In this document: positions 15,769-23,352 of the stretch, in pieces | Layout: every line of letters begins with the position of its first letter | Position numbering within the stretch: the first letter of the stretch is position 1 | From: a virus | Reading direction: 5' to 3' (one strand) | DNA: 64,000 nucleotides | IMG/VR virus record: IMGVR_UViG_3300028898_000117 | Translations under genes and position numbers: made by a program | The notes under the pieces: generated by a model | The model's database searches: none | What the model was told of the DNA's origin: nothing | Seen by the model: only the letters and a program-made list of their open reading frames with translations

Positions 15769-16026
15769 ATGGGTAAGAGAAAGAAGGGCTTAACATCAGT
15801 TTTGCCGCAAAATACTGAGAATGGATATTACTGGACCGCACACATTTTAACCAAAAGTGGCGCAGAAAAGATCACAGTATACAAGGACCCAAATGCGGTT
15901 CCAAAACCCAAGCATGATGAGAATGTTAAAGTCATTCGACTGAATAAAGTTGATCACGACAAAGTAGTAAATAGCAAAACTGACACAGTAGAATTGCCAG
16001 CAAAAAATTATCCAGGGCTTTTTTAG
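15769..16026 (+). CDS. hypothetical protein
   Basis: A GGAGG RBS precedes ATG 15769, which is in frame with track ORF 15751. Confidence 0.5.
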   Translation: MGKRKKGLTSVLPQNTENGYYWTAHILTKSGAEKITVYKDPNAVPKPKHDENVKVIRLNKVDHDKVVNSKTDTVELPAKNYPGLF

Positions 16027-16034
16027 GGGGACAT

Positions 16035-16202
16035 GTGACAAAGGAAAAAGTGATTGTTCTCATCAAACAGCTACCAAAAGAAGCTTTACCAGCAGTGCTC
16101 ATGGCAATTGTTCGCGAGTGTTTGGTTAAAAAAGTTTATCATGGGCGCGAAGTGTCGGATATAGTCGCAACTCTCGAAAAAAATTGTAAAGGCGAAAAGT
16201 AA
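16035..16202 (+). CDS. possible 55-aa protein (not in ORF track)
   Basis: GTG 16035 after TAGGGGGA opens VTKEKVIVLIKQLPKEALPAVLMAIVRECL...CKGEK. It fills an otherwise empty gap. Confidence 0.35.
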   Translation: MTKEKVIVLIKQLPKEALPAVLMAIVRECLVKKVYHGREVSDIVATLEKNCKGEK

Positions 16203-16283
16203 AGTCCAGTCTAGCATTTTTTGTGCTTGCCAGTCCTAACACCTTATGGAACAGTTTCGATGTCAGATCAAGGTGGAGGGAAT

Positions 16284-16919
16284 ATGAATGGACCACTAAA
16301 AGTCCTTATCGAATTAGACCTGTCTCGCGATGAAGACAGGCAACTCATGGAATTAGTTACTAAATTTAAAGCAGCTCAAGCTCAAGGTTTACCGATCAGT
16401 CTCCCAAGCATTGTGCATCAAGTGTCGAATGAAAAACCAAAATTTCCTTCGAGCATGGCAAAGATGCAAGCAAGCAAAGAGGCCAGTGAACAGGCGCATG
16501 AATTAGCGAAAAAAATCGGCGATGAAAGTGGTAAGCTATCCTACAAGGAACGAGCTAAGGTAGCAGCAGACGCAAGATGGGCAAAATGGCGAGCGGCAAA
16601 GGAAGGCTTGCCAGAACCAACTAAACCCGCAAAACAAAAAATCAAAAAAGTAAAAGCAAGCAAGTTGGATTTTTCTAAAGCAGAAGAAGATGGCGGCGAG
16701 TTTGCTACCGAGGATGCTGAAGAGTTCAATTTAGCATTCAATGGCACTAGATTTAAGAGTAAGTCACAGGTTGAACCAATCGTGGATGCTCGTGACATAA
16801 TGGAAGAAAATTATGAAGACCCAGAAGAGGAAGAGGATGAAATTCAGGACGATGAAACGTCTGATGACGATGATGTCAGGAGGATAAATGAGCGAGCAGC
16901 AGCGCACAGAGAAGACTAA
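16284..16919 (+). CDS. acidic-tailed hypothetical protein
   Basis: ATG 16284 follows GGTGGAGGG. The C-terminus is EENYEDPEEEEDEIQDDETSDDDD. Confidence 0.5.
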   Translation: MNGPLKVLIELDLSRDEDRQLMELVTKFKAAQAQGLPISLPSIVHQVSNEKPKFPSSMAKMQASKEASEQAHELAKKIGDESGKLSYKERAKVAADARWAKWRAAKEGLPEPTKPAKQKIKKVKASKLDFSKAEEDGGEFATEDAEEFNLAFNGTRFKSKSQVEPIVDARDIMEENYEDPEEEEDEIQDDETSDDDDVRRINERAAAHRED

Positions 16920-17070
16920 GTTTACCGACGAGGAAGTCGAAAAGGAACTTAAAGAGGCGAAAGAAAAAAACGGCGATCAAGATGCAGTTTGGAAATCACA
17001 ACAAAAACCAAAAACTGATTCACTCCAAAAGGTTTTAAATACTGACTCTTTTGATTTAAAAAAGGGTTAG
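16888..17070 (+). CDS. hypothetical K/E-rich protein
   Basis: AGGAGG RBS, 60 aa. Confidence 0.45.
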   Translation: MSEQQRTEKTKFTDEEVEKELKEAKEKNGDQDAVWKSQQKPKTDSLQKVLNTDSFDLKKG

Positions 17071-17072
17071 CT

Positions 17073-17291
17073 GTGAAACATGGCCATGGAAAAGTTTTAG
17101 TCGATGCGTTTATCACAATAGAGCAGAGAATGGCTTTATGTGTGAGATGTGGGACAAGGTACACTGGTCCTAAGAAAGAAGTGAAATGCAAAGGCTGTGG
17201 GGCAATGCTTGAGTCAGGTGATGTTTCCTGTGTGAAAAAGGTCCCTTCTGGAATGTGGCAAATCACTACTATGAAAAAAGGAAAGCCGTAA
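17073..17291 (+). CDS. zinc-ribbon protein
   Basis: It carries the CVRCGTRY...CKGCGAM four-Cys ribbon and lies immediately upstream of the large terminase gene. Confidence 0.5.
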   Translation: MKHGHGKVLVDAFITIEQRMALCVRCGTRYTGPKKEVKCKGCGAMLESGDVSCVKKVPSGMWQITTMKKGKP

Positions 17292-17294
17292 GGC

Positions 17295-19094
17295 ATGTCA
17301 GGCAAAGAAAAAGATTTCTCTGATTTATTCGCTCAAGCGTATTATGCTCGCATTGCCGCACTGGACCCCGCTTTAAAAAAATATCCAAGATTGTTTTTTG
17401 CAATCGCATACCATCGAAACATTTATGCAAAGCCGATGGAGTTCCACGACAAGCCCTATCTGATGGATATTTATAGGGACGATGCACATGAAATTGTACT
17501 GAAATCGTCGGTACAAACTGGTAAGTCTGAGTTTCTCATCATTTCTGCTCACAGTTGGGCCGAGCGTGGTTTGCAGGTTTTATATTGTCTGCCGACTATT
17601 GATATTCGTAACCTGTTCGTGGCAAATCGCGTTGACAGATTGTATAAGGAAGTCCCTCACTACTATGAAAGTGTCAGAGGAACAGATCAGCGCGGGTTGA
17701 AACAGTTCGGTGATAAAAACGGTTCGATATTTTTCCTTGGATCTAACTCCAGCACAACATTCATTGAAAAGCCTATTGACTTAATTATAGGTGACGAGAC
17801 CGACCGATTTGACCAGGCAAACTATGAAAAAGCTCCAGACAGGATGACCGCATCGCCTTACAAATTGTGGTATGAGGCAAGTAACCCGACTGTTGATAAC
17901 TATGGCATTGATTTTCGCTGGAGAAAGTCAGATCAGCGTGAATGGTTTGTAAAATGCCAGTCGTGCAATAAATGGCAAGCCCTTGATTGGTTCAGAAACA
18001 TCGTTGAACCGACTGACGACAATAGCTACCAGTTGATTGATACTGAATGGCAACCAGGAATGACAAGAGAGCCGAATATTTTTTGCATCCGATGTGGGTC
18101 ACCGTTAAATCGGTATGATATTCGCGGTTGTTGGGTTGCAAGACACCCATCGAGAGACAAGACACATGGCTATCATATTCATCAGTTACTTTCATCGTTC
18201 GTTTTAATTTCCTCAATGTGGGAAAAGTTTTTGGATGGTCTGCAATCCGATATTAAAATGCAGGTATTTTACAACTCACAGTTGGGACTCACCTATTCTG
18301 GTAAGGGTTCAAAAATTACCGATAGCATTTTAAATGCATGTAAAGACGACTACTTTATGCCAGTGCAAGCAGACGGATGTTTCATGGGCGTTGACGTTGG
18401 TAAAGTTTTACACGTCGTTATTTGGCAGCTTGTCCATGGCGGCAGAATGAGGCTTGTGTTTGCTGGTACCGTGAAGGAATTTGAGGATCTTGATTATTTA
18501 TTCGCCAGATTTAATATAATTTCATATTGCCTGGATGCGATGCCAGAAACTCGTAAATCAATGGAGTATGCAAAAAAACACATCGGGCGCGGGTGGGTTT
18601 GTCGTTATCATAATGGACTGACTGAAATTAAAAAAGATGAAGAAGAACGTGTGCTTAGTGCTGATCGAACGATGATCATGGACCGAGTTATGAGCTGGTT
18701 TGTTGGCAGAAACTTTATTTTGCCACAAAATGCCCACACGCTCGATAAAGGTGATTTTTATTCGATGCTGACAACTCCAACGAGATTTTTTGAAGAGGAA
18801 AAGCAGCAGTATTCATGGCAAGGGGACCCAGATCACTATTTCCATGCTATCGTTTACTCATTGCTTGCTTATATAGCTCGTGGTGATTTTGCGACGTTAT
18901 CTGTCGATATTCACTCACCGCTATCAAGTGCTAGACCACAAATGGACCCAGACAAATTACCAAAAAATTTCGAGCAAGCAGTTCCAGGGGCATTATTTCC
19001 ACCAGGAACGCCAGAGCATTTAATAAAGCATTATCAAAATCTTTTTAAAGAGATGCAGGATAGAGTAGCAGCGAGTAAAATAGTTAAAGAATAA
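17295..19094 (+). CDS. terL: terminase large subunit (GpA-type)
   Basis: It has Walker A-like SSVQTGKSEF, Walker B LIIGDETDRF and the internal zinc ribbon CQSCNKW...CIRCGSPL typical of lambda GpA-family terminases. It is followed by the portal gene. Confidence 0.85.
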   Translation: MSGKEKDFSDLFAQAYYARIAALDPALKKYPRLFFAIAYHRNIYAKPMEFHDKPYLMDIYRDDAHEIVLKSSVQTGKSEFLIISAHSWAERGLQVLYCLPTIDIRNLFVANRVDRLYKEVPHYYESVRGTDQRGLKQFGDKNGSIFFLGSNSSTTFIEKPIDLIIGDETDRFDQANYEKAPDRMTASPYKLWYEASNPTVDNYGIDFRWRKSDQREWFVKCQSCNKWQALDWFRNIVEPTDDNSYQLIDTEWQPGMTREPNIFCIRCGSPLNRYDIRGCWVARHPSRDKTHGYHIHQLLSSFVLISSMWEKFLDGLQSDIKMQVFYNSQLGLTYSGKGSKITDSILNACKDDYFMPVQADGCFMGVDVGKVLHVVIWQLVHGGRMRLVFAGTVKEFEDLDYLFARFNIISYCLDAMPETRKSMEYAKKHIGRGWVCRYHNGLTEIKKDEEERVLSADRTMIMDRVMSWFVGRNFILPQNAHTLDKGDFYSMLTTPTRFFEEEKQQYSWQGDPDHYFHAIVYSLLAYIARGDFATLSVDIHSPLSSARPQMDPDKLPKNFEQAVPGALFPPGTPEHLIKHYQNLFKEMQDRVAASKIVKE

Positions 19095-19108
19095 CTAGCA
19101 GGGAAAGT

Positions 19109-20878
19109 ATGGCAAAAAAACAAGTTCAAAGCACAGAGCTACCAACAATACCAAACCCAGCAGATATGGAAGCACAGAGGCAGCAGAAGCTTCAGAGCAT
19201 GATCGGATTTGACGATGTGCTTAAATGGTATGCATTGGGCCTGGCACCTACTTCACCGAGAATACCAGAGCAAGCTACACATTACGGTAGCATGTTTGGT
19301 GCCTATCCAAAGGGTTTTACCAATAAGACTGGTGCAAAGGGTACAATAAATTTTTATAGCCTTCGCGAAGTGTTCAGAAGATCGCCATTGCTATCGGCAA
19401 TCATCAGTCGAAGGAAACATCAGGGCGTAAGACATGCGAGAACTGCAAGCAAAACTCAGCGTGGTGATGTTGGCTTTAGGGTAACACACAGACACTCAGG
19501 GGAGCGAGGCTTTAAAATTCCTGAAGGATTTAAAGCATTAATGCGCGAAAGCGAACAAATGATTTTGCGACCATGGCGAGTGTTCTGGGACGATGGGATT
19601 GTTTTTCAGGATGTTGAACCAAACATGGCTGGGTTCATGTCTAAAGTTATCGAGGATTTACTTGTCATCAATCGACCATGTATTGAGCTTGGACTTGATG
19701 CTTTAAATACTCCCAGAGCCTTTGGTGCAATTGATGGCGCGAATGTTGTTCCTACTTTTTCGGCGCTGAAATACCTTGCGACAATTAATAAGGACATGCC
19801 TAGAGATTTCATGAATAACTGGTCGAATTATCGACGAAATTTACAAATGATGTCTGATAAATACAAGGTCGATTTGGACGAGAGAACTGAATATATTTAT
19901 TTGACCAATGGACGACCGACAGCAGGTTTTCGTCACAATGAATTGATTGTTGCTCCGCAATTTCCAACAACAGATGTGAAGTATGTTGGTTACCCGCCAA
20001 GTATGGTTGAGGCATCTATTCACATTATTTTGGCTGAAATTTTAGCCATGAAGGGTAACTCAGTATTTTTCGAGTACGGTCAGATGGCCGAAGTTATTAT
20101 TGCGGCAAAGGGAAATCAAAAAGACCAGCACATCACTAATCTGGTGGATATTTTAAAATCCAACATGAGTGGTGTTATGGGAATGCACAGAGTCCCAGTG
20201 ATCGCAACACCTGGCGGTAAAGAGGACATTGACGTTATTCCTCTGAAGAAAAATGCCAACGATATGCTTTTTGATATTTATATTCAAAAGCTTACAAACT
20301 TGGCCTGCGCCGTATTTTCCATGCACCCGAGCGAAATCAATGAAGCTCCAAGAGCAGGTGACAATAGCGGTTCATTAAATCAGGCGAGTCAAAGTAAACA
20401 AATCAACATGGCACAAGAGCAAGGCCTTGAGGCAATGCTTGAACACATTAAGACTTCTATTTTCGACCCAATACTTGAGAGAATAGACCCAGATTTGTGT
20501 CTTGAGTGGGAGTATGGTGAATCGGAAGCTGAAAAACTTGATCTTGTCACAAAATATGGGACTATCTCAACAGTAAACGAAAGACGCACAATGATGGGGC
20601 TTGACCCTATTTCAGAGGAGGACGGCGGCAATGTCATCGACAATCAATTTATCCAACAACAAAAGCAGCAAGAGCAACAGGCAGAACAAGCCTCGCAAGC
20701 AGAGGGGTCTACTCAACCTGGGGGAAGCCCTGAAGTCTCTGGATCTAAAGGAAAATCCAAAGCTGGCAAAAATGATAAGCAAAAGCGAGCAGAAGAGGAA
20801 GTGGATTATGAATCAGAAACACCAGAAGAACGAATCGAAAGACTCGTTAGACGAAATTCGTCCAAGACACAAAGGTAA
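19109..20878 (+). CDS. portal protein
   Basis: 589 aa, directly downstream of terL, with an acidic/basic disordered C-terminal tail. The call rests on position and size. Confidence 0.7.
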   Translation: MAKKQVQSTELPTIPNPADMEAQRQQKLQSMIGFDDVLKWYALGLAPTSPRIPEQATHYGSMFGAYPKGFTNKTGAKGTINFYSLREVFRRSPLLSAIISRRKHQGVRHARTASKTQRGDVGFRVTHRHSGERGFKIPEGFKALMRESEQMILRPWRVFWDDGIVFQDVEPNMAGFMSKVIEDLLVINRPCIELGLDALNTPRAFGAIDGANVVPTFSALKYLATINKDMPRDFMNNWSNYRRNLQMMSDKYKVDLDERTEYIYLTNGRPTAGFRHNELIVAPQFPTTDVKYVGYPPSMVEASIHIILAEILAMKGNSVFFEYGQMAEVIIAAKGNQKDQHITNLVDILKSNMSGVMGMHRVPVIATPGGKEDIDVIPLKKNANDMLFDIYIQKLTNLACAVFSMHPSEINEAPRAGDNSGSLNQASQSKQINMAQEQGLEAMLEHIKTSIFDPILERIDPDLCLEWEYGESEAEKLDLVTKYGTISTVNERRTMMGLDPISEEDGGNVIDNQFIQQQKQQEQQAEQASQAEGSTQPGGSPEVSGSKGKSKAGKNDKQKRAEEEVDYESETPEERIERLVRRNSSKTQR

Positions 20879-21128
20879 AGTTGTCTGGTTCGATGGGGTG
20901 AAGGGATTTGGGTTTATCAAGCCAGATGATGGCGCTTTAAATGATAACAAGGATTTGTTTGTTCATTATCATCACATCGTAAACAGACAGTCGTATAAAT
21001 CATTAAAGCAAGGCGATGAAGTTGAATTTTATTTGGGACAAAACTCAAAAGGTAAATGTGCTTCAGAGGTAAAAATCATCAAGCCAATTGAGCTTGTGGA
21101 GGAAAAAAGTGAGGCTGTTCAAGTCTAA
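20808..21128 (+). CDS. cold-shock domain protein (CspA family) with basic N-terminal extension
   Basis: The stretch GKVVWFDGVKGFGFIKPDDG...DLFVHYHHI contains the RNP1 (KGFGFI) and RNP2 (FVHY) motifs. ATG 20808 follows GAGGAAGTGG and overlaps the portal 3' end by 71 nt. Confidence 0.8.
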   Translation: MNQKHQKNESKDSLDEIRPRHKGKVVWFDGVKGFGFIKPDDGALNDNKDLFVHYHHIVNRQSYKSLKQGDEVEFYLGQNSKGKCASEVKIIKPIELVEEKSEAVQV

Positions 21129-21828
21129 GGACATGCAGAAACATTTGTTATTGATTTCGCGGAAACCTAAAAAAAAGTACGCAAATCAGGAGCAGAAGCA
21201 TCATTATGTTGAGGCTGTGAAACACTATCGCTCATACAAAAATGCGATGAAGTCTCGTGATGAGCACAAGGCTGAATTGCATGCACAAGCTGTGCGTGAT
21301 CATATCGCATCAGGGAAATTGACAAACTGGCATAGAGATCAAATGCAGCACGACTCCAGGTATTCAAAAGAGGCATCTGGACACAACTTCACTCCGTATA
21401 AAAAAATACCAAGGAGCAAAAGATTGAAAAAAGGTCTTTTGGGTGACTATCGAAAATTTCATGAAGACAGGATAGATCATCATTTATCAAAACTGAAAAA
21501 CGCCAAGGTTGGCTCTCCCGAGCATTGGTACGCTCACGATATGGTAAAGCATCATCGACGAATGTTGTCTCGAATAGGGGTGAATAAATTGAAAAAAAGC
21601 ATACTTTTAAAGGCCAAAAAGCCAAGCATGATGGAGAGGTACAGACACCACAGGCGATTAACAGTAGAGCATTTTAAAAAGCACGTTAAGGACCCACACA
21701 ATAAAGAGCACATGAAAAATGCAAAACATCACTCGAAAAAAGCCCAGCAGATTTGGGATAAGTTAAACAGCATGACTCCAGCAAGAGTTGTGGTTAAAAA
21801 AGTGACTAGGAAATTGAGGAAACCATGA
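21109..21828 (+). CDS. very basic His/Lys-rich helical protein
   Basis: Stretches such as KHHYVEAVKHYRSYK, DEHKAELHAQAVRDH, RYRHHRRLTVEHFKKHVKDPHNKEHMKNAKHHSKK show the composition. The start is uncertain: TTG 21088, GTG 21109 after GGAGG, or ATG 21133. Confidence 0.55.
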   Translation: MRLFKSKDMQKHLLLISRKPKKKYANQEQKHHYVEAVKHYRSYKNAMKSRDEHKAELHAQAVRDHIASGKLTNWHRDQMQHDSRYSKEASGHNFTPYKKIPRSKRLKKGLLGDYRKFHEDRIDHHLSKLKNAKVGSPEHWYAHDMVKHHRRMLSRIGVNKLKKSILLKAKKPSMMERYRHHRRLTVEHFKKHVKDPHNKEHMKNAKHHSKKAQQIWDKLNSMTPARVVVKKVTRKLRKP

Positions 21829-22229
21829 TTGGAAATTTTGCTATTGTACAAAATGCATCTATTCCTTGGCTTGAGGTAAATCTCACCAAGAATGGTATTT
21901 TGCCAATGCAATTTCAAGCGCCATCATTTGGCTGCTCTGATAAAACATTGGACCCTAATTGGGTGGATTTAACTGATGCTGAGAATGTGATTTTTGAAAT
22001 GTATAAATGCGGCAGGACTCCACTGAAAATTGGTCTTTCTGGACAGGCTGAAATAGTTGACTTGGGTGGTGACCTTGGAAAGAAAACAGGGCTTGTTCGC
22101 TATAAATGGCATCCAAACGACACATCTGTTCAAGGTTGTTATTATGGTCGGTTTGTTGTGACATTCAAGGATGGAACTATTTTTAAGTGGCCCTATGCTT
22201 TAGAATCAATGACAATCGAAGTAAAATAG
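21825..22229 (+). CDS. hypothetical beta-rich protein
   Basis: 134 aa with ATGA coupling. No domain recognised. Confidence 0.55.
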   Translation: MIGNFAIVQNASIPWLEVNLTKNGILPMQFQAPSFGCSDKTLDPNWVDLTDAENVIFEMYKCGRTPLKIGLSGQAEIVDLGGDLGKKTGLVRYKWHPNDTSVQGCYYGRFVVTFKDGTIFKWPYALESMTIEVK

Positions 22230-22235
22230 GTGTTT

Positions 22236-22538
22236 ATGTTTCCGAGTTGGTTTGAGAAGGCAGAAAAAAACAAATTGCAACAAGTTACTGACGATCAAAA
22301 CGCCAGCATGCAAGGCTCTTACGTTGATCATGATTTTACCCCATACCAATTGAGGCAATCGCTTGAACCTCTTCACGGAGAAGAACTTGAGGCTTTTAAT
22401 TGGGTGATTGCTAAAATGGAAAAAGATCATCCAGGTCTGGACTCATTGAAGGATTTGATTGATGCGGCTTTTGATGCTGGCTGGTTTACTTATGGTGACC
22501 AGGGAGAACTTCGAGTTGTTAATGAGGCACCAGAATGA
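22236..22538 (+). CDS. hypothetical protein
   Basis: The start is ATG 22236, or GTG 22230 as in the track. About 100 aa. Confidence 0.5.
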   Translation: MFPSWFEKAEKNKLQQVTDDQNASMQGSYVDHDFTPYQLRQSLEPLHGEELEAFNWVIAKMEKDHPGLDSLKDLIDAAFDAGWFTYGDQGELRVVNEAPE

Positions 22539-22540
22539 AG

Positions 22541-23329
22541 TTAATTAACTTTATTTCTTATTTTAACTGGAGTAGTAAGAGCTTTTTCAATAGACCATTT
22601 TCCAATGCGTATTCTATTAAGAAGAGTCATATATGGAATTCCTGTTTCTTCAGACCATCTTTGAAGATTTTGAGATTTGCCATTAAAGTAAATGGATTTT
22701 CTATCATGAAGTTTGATTTTCTTAAAAAGATGTACGGACAAAACCTTGTCAATTGGCCATTTTGCTTTTATTCTGTGATAAATAATTTCTCTAGGTATAC
22801 CAATTTCTTTAGACCATTCGGTTACAGTTTGTTTTTTTCCGTTAAATTCAATAATTACATTACTTCTACGGTTCAAGCACTGCTTGTCATTTGGTATCCA
22901 GCAACAATTATCAGGAGTGTAATTTCCGTCCACATTACGACGCTCGATGGTATGTCCAGGTGGTCTCGGACCCATGTCATTGATAAAATTTTCAAAACTA
23001 TTTTGCCATCGTTGGCAAACAGAAATACCTCGACCTCCGTATCTATCGAAGGCAATGTTTTTTGGATTGGAACATCGTTGTTTCATTGCCATCCATGTTC
23101 TGTAAGTAGGACTATTGGTGTTATTATGTCCATGGCTAGATTTTCCTGGGTTGATACATCCACACGATTGAGTAGGATTTTTCTTTCTCAAAGAATGTCC
23201 CCTGACAGCAACTATAACTCCACAATCACATCTACAGGTCCAAACGGAACCATGTTTGTAAGATTTTGCAGGGGCAATAACCAACAATTGTCCAATTTTT
23301 TGTCCTATCATATTTTTAGAGGTAGCCAT
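22541..23329 (-). CDS. homing-endonuclease-like DNA-binding protein (degenerate HNH/AP2-type core plus two C-terminal HTH repeats)
   Basis: The sequence CRCDCG...SCGC, SPTYRTWMAMKQRCSNP...YGGRGISVCQRWQNSFENFINDMGPRPPGHTIERRNVDGNYTPDNCCW is a recurrent phage family. The tandem C-terminal repeats are FNGKKQTVTEWSKEIGIPREIIYHRIKAKW and FNGKSQNLQRWSEETGIPYMTLLNRIRIGKW. The gene has its own GGAGAG RBS and sits on the opposite strand to all its neighbours. Confidence 0.65.
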   Translation of the reverse strand: MATSKNMIGQKIGQLLVIAPAKSYKHGSVWTCRCDCGVIVAVRGHSLRKKNPTQSCGCINPGKSSHGHNNTNSPTYRTWMAMKQRCSNPKNIAFDRYGGRGISVCQRWQNSFENFINDMGPRPPGHTIERRNVDGNYTPDNCCWIPNDKQCLNRRSNVIIEFNGKKQTVTEWSKEIGIPREIIYHRIKAKWPIDKVLSVHLFKKIKLHDRKSIYFNGKSQNLQRWSEETGIPYMTLLNRIRIGKWSIEKALTTPVKIRNKVN

Positions 23330-23352
23330 GAACTCTCCATGTGTGGTGCATT

